In this document: positions 13,712 to 26,050 of the stretch, piece after piece
How the letters are laid out: every line of letters starts with the position of its first letter
Position numbering within the stretch: the stretch's first letter is position 1
From: Octopus sinensis
Taxonomy: Eukaryota
Assembly: GCF_006345805.1 (NCBI RefSeq)
Contig: NC_043000.1
Span: 143,034,001 to 143,098,000, forward strand
Direction of reading: 5' to 3'
DNA: 64,000 nucleotides
Program-made: the position numbers and the translations under genes
The notes under the pieces: generated by a model
The model's database searches: none
What the model was told of the DNA's origin: nothing
Seen by the model: only the letters and a program-made list of their open reading frames with translations

Positions 13712-14550
13712 ATGTACTACACTATCACTTTTTACATGTAACAAGCATTTTGTAAGGCAGTGTAAATTACTAATATGTCTACGTTTTGTATTGAAGGAAG
13801 TACTGAAAATAGTAGATTTGGTATTGGTAAAATTAAGATTCTTTGAAATGAAAGACAATGGTAGAGAAGAGTCATTAACTTTTTATCAAAAGTTGATATC
13901 AGCACTTCAGATTGATTAGGTCATTATGGAAAGTTCAGCTGTTGGAGTGTCCAAGTAATGTATCTAATGCTAACAGTGATTTCAGCCAGTGAAAGGTTGT
14001 AAGAGTTGAAAATGGTAAATTTAATTGTAAGTTTGCCAATTTTAGCAATTCTGTTAAAAGAAACATTTCTTTGGCATAGTTAGAGATAAAATGGTATTAT
14101 TATTTTACCATGTCAGTAATTCTCCGTTATTGTCTTTCGGATGGCAACATTCTTTAACGGTGGGTACTTTGGCAGGAAGTGATGAAATTCTATAATAGCC
14201 ACAAGATATCTGAGGAATGTGAGGAATGAAATGCCAATAACACATTCTAATAGTTTGAAAACTGGCACAAAATCTCAGAGATTTTTGTTTCCTTGCTATT
14301 GTTAGCTACCAAAGGATCATCAATATATATACATATAAAATATAGACAACAAAAGACCTGATCAATGAATTCTGAAAAGTTTGCTGCCCATCAATTAATC
14401 TGAGTGAAACTCAGAAAATCTCAAAGAAATCAGAGAGAAAAGACAGATTTCTCAATGTCCTGTTCAACAACAGTAAAGTTTCACAAGACTGAATTTTCAA
14501 GATAAAAGTTTTTCTGTACTGAGATTCTGAGAAGTTGTTGAGCTGTTGAC

Positions 14551-15190
14551 TTAATGAATGCGGTTGAGGTGGTCTACATCACTGTTGATGTGGAAATTAT
14601 GTGTTCTGGTTAGTCTCTTCTGGATTTTCACATCAATGGCTCGAATCTCATCAATTGTCCAATCAGGCAGCCCAAAATTGGGTATGAGTACTGGCACTGC
14701 AAGTACATTGTGGGCCACCATTTTATTGAATACAGAGAGTTCCAAGGTCCAAATTTTCTTTATTCAACTGTAATATTCTTTAGTGACATGTATTTTGCTA
14801 TAGGTGCCATTGTGAGATATGCTTTCATCCACCCCTAGATACCTGTAACATTCTTCATCAGATATAGGGGAAACAGCCAAATCATTGATGAAGAAGTTGC
14901 AAGTATGGTTTACAGTTTCCTTCTTTCCATTAAGCAACATTCATGCTGACCAAACTCCAGCCCTATATCCTTTGAGAATGTTGTAACCAGATCAAGGCTC
15001 TTTTTCGTCTCCTGCATATTCTTGGCATATAACTTCAAATATCCATAAAGAAACAGTAATTTTGTAATTTTGTTAATTCTGTTTCCTTGTGAACCAGTGA
15101 GATATCCTTCAGACTTCCGTAATCTGAATGACAAGGAGTTTACAGAAAGTATAAACAACAATGCACAGAGGCTGTCCTCTTAGAATATGC
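14551..15190 (-). mobile_element. Decayed reverse-transcriptase fragment of an R4/Dong-like (RLE) non-LTR retrotransposon
   Basis: Frame-broken translations LFILSVNSLSF...LKLYAK...FSKDIGLEFG, YRYLGVDESISYNG and ELSVFNKMVAHNVLAVPVLIPNFG..DWTIDEIRAIDVK...NFHINSDVDHL resemble RT and thumb regions of RLE-clade LINEs. Confidence 0.75.
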
Positions 15191-15256
15191 TTCTGCAATG
15201 CTGGAAGGTAACAAATTATGAGACTAATTGCTTGAATAATTGAAGTAGAGTCTTAC

Positions 15257-15406
15257 CTTGTCCTCCGCCTGGTAGCCAAACTTCATTCATGGGCGTAGTG
15301 ACTCTATTTCGTGGTGGTGTTTGATTACTGTGCGATAGCAATGGTGGATTGCCACCATTTTGTTTATCTGGTTTACTAGCTGGTCTGATTCTGTTGCCAT
15401 TATGCT
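15257..15406 (-). CDS. Internal exon encoding the membrane-proximal stalk of the same Ig protein
   Basis: Acceptor attattttctattttcag|AG and donor CAA G|gtaaga; 150 nt, phase 1-1; open frame (E)HNGNRIRPASKPDKQNGGNPPLLSHSNQTPPRNRVTTPMNEVWLPGGGQ continues MILY in frame; NQT glycosylation sequon. Not represented in this frame in the ORF track. Confidence 0.85.
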
Positions 15407-15418
15407 CTGAAAATAGAA

Positions 15419-15440
15419 AATAATAATAATAATAATAATA

Positions 15441-15530
<90 letters not shown>

Positions 15531-15553
15531 TAATAATAATAATAATAATAATA

Positions 15554-15613
<60 letters not shown>

Positions 15614-15650
15614 GTAAAAATAATAATAGTAATAATAATAATAATAATAA

Positions 15651-15689
<39 letters not shown>
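15419..15689. repeat. (AAT)n microsatellite, about 90 units, abutting the stalk-exon acceptor
   Basis: Direct reading. Confidence 0.95.
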
Positions 15690-15690
<1 letters not shown>

Positions 15691-16247
15691 CTGGCATTGA
15701 TGTATCAATACCAGCAGATGACAACGTGTCTCTAAAAGAAATGGAGAAACTTTCAAAATACAAAGATCTGGAGACAGAGGTAACTCGAATGGGGAATCTG
15801 AAAACAGAGACAATTCCTATCGTAGTATGTGCATTAGGTATAATAAAAAGTATTCAGACAACTACATAACAAAAATACCAGGACTTACAAATATATATAT
15901 GCGGGTGGCACGTAAAAAGCACCCACTACACTCACGGAGTGGTTGGCGTTAGGAAGGGCATCCAGCCGTAGAAACACTGCCAGATTTGACTGGGCCTGAT
16001 GAAGCCTTCTGGCTTCACAGACCCCAGTAGAACCGTCCAACCCATGCTAGCATGGAAAACGGACGCTAAACGATGATGATGATGATGATAACATACAGAA
16101 CATTGCACTACTGGGCACTGCACACACCCTATGCAAAACACTTTCAATACAGTAACCATCAGAGCATCATATCAAACCACAGCACATACCCAAAGCACGC
16201 TCGGTAGTGAAGTGAAAGCACGATATAAAAATAAAACTACTGAACAC

Positions 16248-16282
<35 letters not shown>

Positions 16283-16323
16283 TAATAATATAATAATAAT
16301 AATAATAATGATAATAATAATAA
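15690..16323 (+). mobile_element. 5'-truncated R4/Dong-like LINE (RLE nuclease C-terminus, 3' UTR, (AAT)n tail), interrupted by a SINE at 15901-16089
   Basis: IDVSIPADDNVSLKEMEKLSKYKDLETEVTRMGNLKTETIPIVVCALGIIKK...IPGLTNIY resumes after the SINE as NIQNIALLGTAHTLCKTLSIQ-stop (16155); (AAT)n on both sides. Confidence 0.8.
15901..16089 (+). mobile_element. Family 3 element (3' end GGCGTTAGGAAGGGCATCCAGC...GGACGTTAAAC(GAT)n), probably an RTE-associated SINE
   Basis: More than 10 related copies in the window; here nested in the Dong-like LINE. Confidence 0.8.
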
Positions 16324-17127
16324 CATTGAAATTTCCCCAAATTACTGATGAAGGCTAGAGGGTATATCAGCCAAAATGTGTTAACAACAAACAAGATGAG
16401 GACAAATATCCATCAAATGTAAATAATGTAAATAACATACATATTTCCTCATCTCTTAAATATAGAATTGTGTTGTTTGAGAATGTATTACATGCAATGT
16501 GAGTGGACCTTCAATCCAATTCCCACATTGTACTCAAGCAATCACAACACTGGACTCAACAAACGTCCAAACACTCACATGATAGGTATGTTGACCTATC
16601 ACTGCAGATTAACATGCTGAGCTGAGCTTATATAAACCTAATGTCTTCAATATGCCATAATAGAAATCAGTCTCACAACAAACTTATTACACAAAAAGTA
16701 TAAAAAAATTACATGTGCAAAACCCTTTAACACCAGAAATGAACAGACCAGTACCCTACGAGAATGATGACCATCAAAATAAAGGACTAGACGTTATTCT
16801 TCATGTCCTACAAAATGAAAAAATGTATAAATGGACATGAGAGGAATATATTTCCATCATATACTCTTCTCTCACACCAGTGCTCTACCTACAGAACAAA
16901 AACATAACATATACATGTAGGAGACCATTTTCTGGAAGAAAAATTACTTAGATTCATGTATACTGATGACCCTAACAAATAAGCCAACATAAGGGGATAC
17001 ATTTTCAAAACAAAAAAAAAAAAAAAAGTATCAGAAATTGAAATAGACCATTTAAAAGGAAATACGTTCACTGTTTCCTTCATTAATGTGCATAATTTTT
17101 GATTTGTCGCGAAATGTAGTAAAAAGT

Positions 17128-17335
17128 GCTTTACAGTGGAAACCGGATGGATATAGAAAGAGAGGTAGGCCTAAGAACTCATGGTGTAGATCGACACAAA
17201 AGGAACTAGAGAAAGGGGGACATTCATGGCAGAGTATAAGAGTGTAAGTACAGAAGCGAAAAATTATGTGACATGGAATTCAATTATAAGTAGCCTATAG
17301 TCCGCGTTGGAGGGTTAAAGGCAGAAAAAAAATTT
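17128..17335 (+). mobile_element. 3' end of an RTE-clade LINE
   Basis: ALQWKPDGYRKRGRPKNSWCRSTQKELEKGGHSW matches the ALxW.P.G.R.RGRPK.TW RTE C-terminal motif. Confidence 0.7.
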
Positions 17336-17699
17336 AAAGGAAAATACATCAATACAAATAGTGACCATAAAAGAATGCCAAATAATAACATAAGTATGAA
17401 GATAGACATAACATTTGCAACAAAAGCAAAGTGAGTAATGAAACACAAAAAAAAAAACTGTAGGAATGCATAATGATGAGCAAAATCCACCAAACCAGGG
17501 CAACAAAGACAAAAACATAAACCGGAAGGAATACAGAACAAGCCTAAAAATTAGAAACAGTGAAGGCAGAAACCATGGTTATGATACTCTAAAAATGAGT
17601 ATAATCAAGGAATTAAAAGCCACAGATCTTAGTATGGACTGCCAATTGTACCTCCCAAAAATTAAAGTTGATAATAAGACAGCAACAATGATATATATA

Positions 17700-17861
17700 G
17701 GTGCAGGAATGGTTGTGTGGTAAGTAGCTTGTTTACCAACCACATGGTTCTGGGTTCAGTCCAACTGCGTGGCACCTTGGGCAAGTGTCTTCTACTATAG
17801 CCTCGGGCCAACCAAAGCCTTGTGAGTGGATTTGGTAGATGGAAACTGAAAGAAGCCCGTA

Positions 17862-17896
<35 letters not shown>

Positions 17897-18117
17897 TGTG
17901 TGTGTTTGTGTGTCTGTGTTTGTCCCCCTAGCATTGCTTGACAACCGATGCTGGTGTGTTTATGTCCCCGTTACTTAGCGGTTCGGCAAAAGAGACCGAT
18001 AGAATAAGTACTGGGCTTACAAAAGAATAAGTCCCGGGGTCGAGTTGCTCGATTAAAGGCGGTGCTCCAGCATGGCCGCAGTCAAATGACTGAAACAAGT
18101 AAAAGAGTAAAAGAGTA
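17700..18117 (+). mobile_element. tRNA-derived SINE family 1 (about 400 bp, internal (TA)n(TG)n, (AAAAGAGT)n tail), full length
   Basis: A-box-like TGGTTGTGTGG, B-box-like GGTTCAGTCC, central CCTTGGGCAAGTGTCTT motif; about 15 related copies in the window. Confidence 0.9.
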
Positions 18118-19184
18118 TATATAATACAAATCTGGCTGTCACAGAACTAATGGAAACGAAAACAAATATTAATAAGACCTGGTGAAGTGAAATAATATAT
18201 GCAGCAGCATTTGTGGTCACAAAAGAATTTCAGCTCCTAACTGGATTTGAACTCAGAATGTAAAATGACATGACTAAACAGCACATGGAAATTGGTGCCA
18301 CGCTTTATCAATTCAACCATAATAATGGCAATGAAAAGAAACAAAAATGATTGACGTATTTGCAGATAAGTGTTTGTTGATTGACAAAAGTGGTATTGTA
18401 GTGTTTGTGTTGTTGTTGTTCATGCTAAGCAGTTGTGGTGGTGTTGGCTAGTAGTGGGTGTTGGTGATTGACCCCAATAATAATAGAAGAGAACTTATAG
18501 TAGAAATCCTGTACTTCTTCAGTCTCAAGTAGTTTACTCCACCATTACTACTAACTGTAGCGGATCTCTTTTTGATCTACATATAGCATTCAGAATTACG
18601 TATCTGATTTGTCGGGTGTGTCCTCTCTTAGATGCTTGAAAATAATTGCTACTTGTTTTAAGCAGTGGATTGATAAGTAGAGCAAAGCAGATCTATGATC
18701 AGGAATAATACAGTCTGAGTAAGCAGCAGCATATCAACAGAAGTGGAGTTTGTAAACTGTGATTGAATCTAAGTGTAATAATATTCGGAGAGTGGCTATT
18801 GAATATGAAAGACTGACAATAATGCTTTGGTATGAGTGACTGGTTTAGTGAGAGTATGGGTGTTAGTGTGTAAGTATGTCTCGCACTTTTGTGTCTATGC
18901 GTGTATAACGTCATTGTGTGGGTTATACACATATGTGAATTTGTGGGTGTGAGAATGATTATGTTAAAAACAATTAATATGTAATATTTATATGTATTTC
19001 ATAGTTATACCTCATTACATTCACTGTGCATATACACAAAACAGATCATACATACTAATATTTATGTGTGTATACATTGGTATGTATGTATGTATATGCA
19101 TTAATATAGAAATTGCCATGCCCAATAGCACAATTCTGTATATAATCTTTCTGATAAAATTGAGTTAAGCAAATAAATAAATGA

Positions 19185-19236
<52 letters not shown>

Positions 19237-19825
19237 GTGTGTCTGTGTGTGTGTGTCTGTGAATACATAATTTAATATACACATTATAAAGGTACGAGCT
19301 GCTAATAGTTTCCTGGGTTGGAGACTTGTGTCTAGACAGGTTTTTATAACAGACTTTGTGTCTTCAAGGAATTTTCAGGCCCTGAGCACATAGTCTATCC
19401 TATTTAAAAAACAGGACACTAGTACATCAGCAATTTGTGAGGAAAAAACAAGAAGGTTGATGCAAAACGTGGATGGGTGAGTTAAAAAAAGATTAGAGAT
19501 ACATTTGTTTTGATCATAAAAGCCATAAGAAGAAGGTCAAAAGAAATTTGCCCATGTGCTTGCATTTGCTGATAGTATGGGATCTGTGATTTAGTAGGGT
19601 AGGGAAATATATAAATCTAAAAAGAATGTGTGATTTTTCAGTTATGCATAAGTTGTATTTCTTAGATCCATTATGATAAAGCATGAATTTCTCTATGTTT
19701 CTGTACTTGATTGTATGAGACAAGCAATTGGTCTTCATAACCTATATGTGGCTAGCCAACTCAGTGGTTGTGTTTTTATTGATATGCTGGAAAGAAAATA
19801 GGTGGTTTACACATCTTTTGAAATA

Positions 19826-20012
19826 GGCATGGAAGTGGCTGTATGGTAAGTAGCTTGCTTATGAACCACATGGTTCTGGGTTCAGTCCCACTGTGTGGCA
19901 CCATGGGCAAGTGTCTTCTACTATAGCCTTGGGCTGACCAAAGCCTTGTGAGTGGATTTGGTTGATGGAAACTGAAAGAAGCCCGTCGTATATATGTATA
20001 TATATATATATA
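19826..20012 (+). mobile_element. SINE family 1, 5' half
   Basis: Head and core match; ends in the internal (TA)n. Confidence 0.85.
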
Positions 20013-21190
20013 TGTAATGCTTCTTTAAGGCTACTATTACTTTTAAATGGTTATATTACCACAAATGTACATAGGCTACAAGGAAGAAAAATATCTCCAA
20101 ATCAGTGAAGAATGCAGCTTCCTTAATTTAATCTATCACAAAAAAAAAAAAATAAGGAAAAATCCCTGCAACAAAAAAATTCATCTGTTAATCCTTTCTA
20201 TTCTGGTTAGAAAATACAGGTGAAAATATCGACAGTGGGTTTTTTTTTTATATATATATATTTTCAATTTCTCAAATATGTTTCAGTTATCTCAGTATTT
20301 CCACAGCAAAGCACTACTTTGATAAAACATATTTTACATTTTTTGTGTTTGAAATAATTTCCCTAATGGCCCACAAAATCTCTGCCACTAGCATTATATT
20401 AAGTCCTTAGGCAAAATACATCCGTTTACATACTCCAATCTAATTGAAAAATTCGTAATACTCCCAGGGTATGATTAAGTCTATAAGTAACATAAACAAC
20501 ACTTTTCGTTTTTGTTACTGGTAAAAGATCTCTAGAAATAAGTGTGGTAAAGCCTTCTATTTTGTATTGACATAGAAAAAGCATGTAATGTATTTGTAGT
20601 TTTTTAAGAGAACATTAAGAAGGCATTTTTTTTATCAACTTTAATATATGGATATAAGTTCAACTTCATGCTAAAACATTGATTTACCAAAGTAAATGCG
20701 AATCAGCTGATTCTATTTTAAAATTTAACATTTTACTGACTGACTTGGATGTGGCATCTGAGATAAGCTTCTACATTTACAAGCTCATGACAGATATGAA
20801 AGATCTTTCTGTAAGAAATTACAGTAAAAATTCTTCCACTGTTATTAAATCTTCGGTCTGATCACAATCTTCAAATTTTCAGATTGTCAGAAGGCTTCCC
20901 GGAATGATTGATCACATCTTCTAATGCATGTGTATGTGTGTGTATGTGTGTATTTATTTGTGTGTGTGTGTGTACATACATAAAATGTTCATATATATAC
21001 ATTATAAATATATGTTTATAAATCATATATATCATATATATATTTATAGTGTATATATATATATATATTATATATATATAAAATAAGATAAAATAAAATA
21101 AAAAAATAAATAAGAAAAATAAAAAAATAAAATAAAAAATACATATATATACATATATATACATATATACATATATATATATAAATACAT

Positions 21191-21281
<91 letters not shown>

Positions 21282-21490
21282 TATAAATATGTTTATACAC
21301 ACAAGCACACACATAATCAATCATATACACGAGCTTTTAGATAAAATAATTTCATACATATTTTGTGTATTTTTTTCCTATATGCATATCTATCCATCTA
21401 CTTCTTATATACAATTATCTTTCTGTATCTATCTGTCAGTCCGTCTGCCTACCTCTATCTTCATATATATATATCTATATATATATATTA

Positions 21491-21538
<48 letters not shown>

Positions 21539-22138
21539 GTATATGCATACATATATATGTATGTATGTACATATATATGTATCTGTTTACACAAACCAAC
21601 ATATTTATAATTTTAGGATTTTCATGTATATGTTTTTCAATTCTATTAAATTATCGACAAATGATCTTTTCCCCTTTATGTTTTTAATACATTAAAACCT
21701 AAAATGGATCAGCTAAATTCTGATATCAATTGACATCATATATTTGAAGACTAGTTTATGTTTACATTCTATGCTCAACTTGTCACATCTTTTCACAGTT
21801 ATTTCATATTTCCTACGTTTTACTTTTCATGGCAGCATTCTTAATATATGGTGCTTCGCAAATTTAAAGATTTAACACTCTCTTGCAACTATAATTTATG
21901 GTGATTTTTTTCTTTTTTATCAACCTTTTATGAAAATCTACATGTTTCCATACAACTACAGGTTTACCATCTATATGAACTACTCTATATTTTCCTCACT
22001 CTGCTAGATCTAACTCTCTCTCAAATCTCATGAAGCAATTTTTAAATCATGGCAAAGTACAGTGGATTATGTGTTCCTAGGTACAATATCTCTGGCTAAA
22101 AGGAAAAGAAACGTTATAAAAATAAGAGGGTTTTTTTT

Positions 22139-22478
22139 TGTGGTTGGAACACCTTTGATCAGAGGTCTACATAGTCAGAACAGGAGAATTCATCTACGAA
22201 GCAATTGCTCCAGCTCCCCTTCAGGGTTGGCGAAAGCGATGTGGTGGACAACGAAAAACCTGGCTGATGACAGTCAAGGCTGATCTGAAACCCAACCTAG
22301 GCCCCCATATCTACGGTGTTCACCGCTGGAATAGTGAGTGGTTGGAGATCACACGGTCATTAACCTCAAATCGCCAGGTCTGGTTGGCGTTTGTGAGAGA
22401 TGCAGCATTGAGGATGAATGAAGCCAGCTCAACCCACCCCGGGTGAATGCTGTCTCAAGATCAAGATCAAGAGAAGAT
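22139..22478 (+). mobile_element. 3' end of an RTE-clade LINE with (TCAAGA)n tail
   Basis: GWRKRCGGQRKTWLMTVKADLKPNLGPHIYGVHRWNSEWLEITRSLTSNRQVWLAFVRDAALRMNEASSTHPG-stop, then a short tandem tail. Confidence 0.75.
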
Positions 22479-22512
22479 CAGAACAGACCAAGAGGTAAAC
22501 AACAGCAACGAG

Positions 22513-22990
22513 TGGGGGCACAATGGCCCAGTGGTTAAGGCAGCGGACTCATGGTCATAAGAATGTGGTTTTGATTCCCAGACTAGACATTGTGTGTATT
22601 TATTGAGCAAAAACACCTGAGCTCCACGAGGCTCCAGCAGGGGATGGTGGTGAATCCCGCTGTACTCTTTCATCACAACTTTCTCTCACACTTTCTTCCT
22701 ACTTCTGCCATAAAGCAGAGGAACCATGGTGTAACCCACTATGGTGTGGTAAACTTTCAGACCCTAGTCTAGATTGCGAATCCTCTGTACTCCAGGATGG
22801 TTCAGCTCCCCACACGTTAAAAGCCACCGTTTATGGAATGAGAATAACAACATAGCTTTCATGCCCATGCAACCGCCAGTCTATCGTGTGTGGTGGGTGG
22901 ATCTTCAATCTGCCACATGCATTCTTAGTAGCTTAGAGTAGGCTCGAATTAGAGATTATTCTTTGTGGTTAATGGCATGAGTCCTGATTG
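22513..22990 (+). mobile_element. tRNA-derived SINE family 4 (possibly the octopus OR-type), tail variant ending in (GAA)n
   Basis: GGCACAATGGCCCAGTGGTTAAGGCAGCGGACTC...TTTGATTCCCAGAC head, then shared body ...CACAACTTTCTCTCAC. Confidence 0.75.
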
Positions 22991-23108
22991 GAAGAAGAAG
23001 AAGAAAAAGAAAAAGAAGAAGAAGAAGAAGAAGAAGAAGAAGAAGAAGAAGAAGAAGAAGAAGAAGAAGAAGGAGGAGGAGGAGGAGGAGGGGGAGGAGG
23101 AAGGGAGG
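22991..23108. repeat. (GAA)n/(GAG)n polypurine tract
   Basis: Direct reading. Confidence 0.9.
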
Positions 23109-23967
23109 AAATGGATAACCAGTACAACAATTACTACCTTGTCAATTTTAATAGAATTAATAGAATTATCTGCTAACTAATATCTAGCTTTACTTAGAAG
23201 AAAATTTAGCTTCGCTTATCTGTATTGCATTAGGCTAAATAAAAACCATATATGTAAAATATATTTTGTTACATATGTGTGTGGGTTTGTGTGTATGTAT
23301 ATCTGCGAGTGGATAGCCAATCACTGGTTTCCTGGCTACTACAGTAAATGTTAAGTATATATTTATTTGTGTATATTCATCATCGTAAAAATATGGATAT
23401 TCCTCTCTCTCTCTCAATCTCATTCATTCTCTCTATCATCCTTCTCTTATCTTACTTTTTTTCTCTCTCTCTCTCTCACTTTCATTTTCTTTCAGTCGTT
23501 TTAACATACATTTATGTGTGCAAACATTCATGTAAACGAACAAGATCAGTCATTTATCCTGAAAAACAAATGTATAAAAGAGATATTTAAAAAAAACATC
23601 AAAATATTTTAGAGTGAGCTGACACACAACTCCACAGCTTAGGTTTAGTAAAAGCTGTCTGTGAGAAGAAAATGCAAACTGCAGAATCTTCAAGCTGATC
23701 TGATGTCAGAAAGTGTAGCTGTTTGACAACACTTATCATTTTCCTTGATGTTTACATGCTATTTAATCAATAGGACAAAAAAATCATTATTTGAAATAAG
23801 AAATAAGGAATGCAAATGAAAACAGAACTGAAGGAAATATCAAAATACATGTTAGCGTTATTTTTTTACTTGTATTACATATGCTTGTAAGCAGGGTTGT
23901 TGTCAATAATTTTAAAGATTATATATATGTATGTGTGTAATGTGTGTGTGTGTGTAGGTGTGAATGT

Positions 23968-24455
23968 ATTATCATCATCATCATCGTTTAACATCCACTT
24001 TCCATGCTAGCATGAGTTGGACGATTTGACTGTGGGCTGGCGAACCAGATGGCTGCACCAGGATCCAGTCTTGATCTGGCAGAGTTTCTACAACTGGATG
24101 CCCTTCCTAACGCCAACCACTCTGGGAGAGTGTAGTGGGTGCTTTTACATGCCACCGGCACAGGGGCCAGTCAGGCGGTACTGGCAACGATCTCGCTCGA
24201 ATCTTTTTACACATGCCACCGGCACAGGTGCCAGTAAGGCGACGCTGGTAATGATCACGCTTCAATGATGCCTTTTACATGCCACCAGTATGGAAGCCAG
24301 TTAGCCACTCTGGCCACATTCATGCTCGGATGGTTCTCTTAGCACCCTACTAGCACAGGGCACAAGTGCCAGTAAGGCGACGCTGGTAACAATCACAATC
24401 AAATGGTGCCTTTTATGTCCCACTGGCATGGAAGCCGGTTAGCCGCTCTGTCAAC

Positions 24456-24456
<1 letters not shown>
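23968..24456 (-). mobile_element. Family 3 element with internal ~55-70 bp tandem units
   Basis: (CAT)n GTTTAACATCC...GATGCCCTTCCTAACGCCAACCAC, then repeated GGTGCTTTTACATGCCACCGGCAC units. Confidence 0.8.
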
Positions 24457-24494
<38 letters not shown>

Positions 24495-25304
24495 GAGAGA
24501 GAGAGAGAGAGAGAGAGTCATTATGATGATATTTAGAACAACCTCTTATAGGGATTTTTTCATCCAAGACACACTGGTTTAATATATTGTATTTTGAAGA
24601 GATATTTCTTCAATGAATATATTATAAAATATCAAATATCAAATATTACTATTAAGTTTGAAAATGGAGAGATTCAATGGATATAAATTAATTAATTAAT
24701 CAATTAATTATCATCATTGCCTACAATTGTTTCATTTCACATCTAATTTAAATTACAAAACATACATAAATATATATGTGCATTTCAAAATAACTTGTAT
24801 AGAAAATGTTTGGGCATGAAAAAGGACAATATATTTTGATCAGCTGAAACACTCCAAGAGACTCTATTGGAATATTTCAACTGATCAAAATATAATTTCT
24901 GTATTTTCCTTTTTCATGCCCTGAAGATTTTCCACCCAAGATATTTTGAAATGCCAACTTATATATTTATATATGTTTTGTATTGATTCCCAAACCAGCT
25001 GCACATTGTGTTCTTAAACAAAACACTTCATTTCACATTACTCCAGTCCACTCAGCTGTTAATAGGTAAGCCTCTGATGGAGAATCTTTCTGATCAAGAG
25101 GAATGTTGTCCTGCTGATCTAGCTTGGAGAGTGGCATCATTTGAAAGCTAAAATGATGCAAAATGTATTGTGACCAGCAATCTAATAGTCTGGTCAATCA
25201 TGATCACATGATATGTGTGAGTATGTGTGTGTGTTTGTGTGTTTATATATAGGAACACAGAAAATGCAACTGGTATGGTATTTTATGCTTTATATAATAT
25301 ACAT

Positions 25305-25756
25305 GCTTACGGCCATATCGCGTTGAAAATATTGGTTGTCGTACGATCACCGAAGTTAAGCAAGGTTGAGCTTAGTTAGTACTTAGATAGGTGACCACTT
25401 GGGAAAGTGGAGGCACAATGGCCCAGTGGTTAGAGCAGAGGACTCGCAGTCGTAGGATTGTGGTTTCGATTCGGTTTCGATTCCCAGACCGGGCATTGTG
25501 AATGTTTATTGAGCGAAAACACCTAAAAGCTTCACGAGGCTCCAGCAAGGGTTGGTAGCAATCCCTGCTGTACTCATTCGCCACAACTTTCTCTCACTCT
25601 TTCTTCTGTTGGCCTGCTCGCTTAGCCAGTGGGGTGGCATCATTTCAAGGCTAAAACAATGCGAAGTGCATTGTGACCAGCGATGTGTAGCAACATCTCA
25701 TAGCCTGGTTGGTCACGGTGATCACGGTGGTGATAATATACATGTTTGCAGTAAGC
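25305..25756 (+). pseudogene. 5S rRNA pseudogene interrupted by a tRNA-derived SINE (5S parts 25305-25405 and about 25738-25756)
   Basis: GCTTACGGCCATATCGCGTTGAAAAT...CGATCACCGAAGTTAAGCAA...GTTAGTACTTAGATAGGTGACCACTTGGGAA matches the first ~101 nt of invertebrate 5S rRNA with many substitutions; the remainder ATAC...GTAAGC follows the SINE. Confidence 0.8.
25407..25735 (+). mobile_element. SINE family 4 inserted in the 5S pseudogene
   Basis: Same head and body; tail ...GCATTGTGACCAGCGATGTG...GGTCACGGTGATCACGGTG. Confidence 0.85.
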
Positions 25757-26050
25757 TGACCGTCATTATTATGTAAGCAAGTAGACCATATTATGTACCT
25801 AATGTACTTGACCTTTGATTTACTTTGGCAGAATCTGCAAAAGTACAACATAAAAAATAATGCAGGCTCTTGTATACATTAGTATGCAAATTAAGTACCG
25901 TGAGGTTATTGTTGCAGAATAAATGATAAAATAAATGTGAGGTTAAGTTTGACTCAATCTTCAAAGTTTGTCTCAACTCTACAAGACTCAAAGTTTCATG
26001 GGTGCATAAAACACAGCTGCTCAATCAGATGCTGAGTATTAATCAACAAT

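Noticed and set aside
15287-15763. ORF ending QSIMATESDQLVNQ...SLRP over the stalk exon
   Set aside because: Wrong frame for the phase-1 junctions, and its N-terminus is (ATT)n plus antisense LINE sequence.
22991-23108. (GAA)n polypurine tract as a functional triplex or G4 element
   Set aside because: It is adequately explained as the expanded tail of the adjacent SINE; nothing suggests function.
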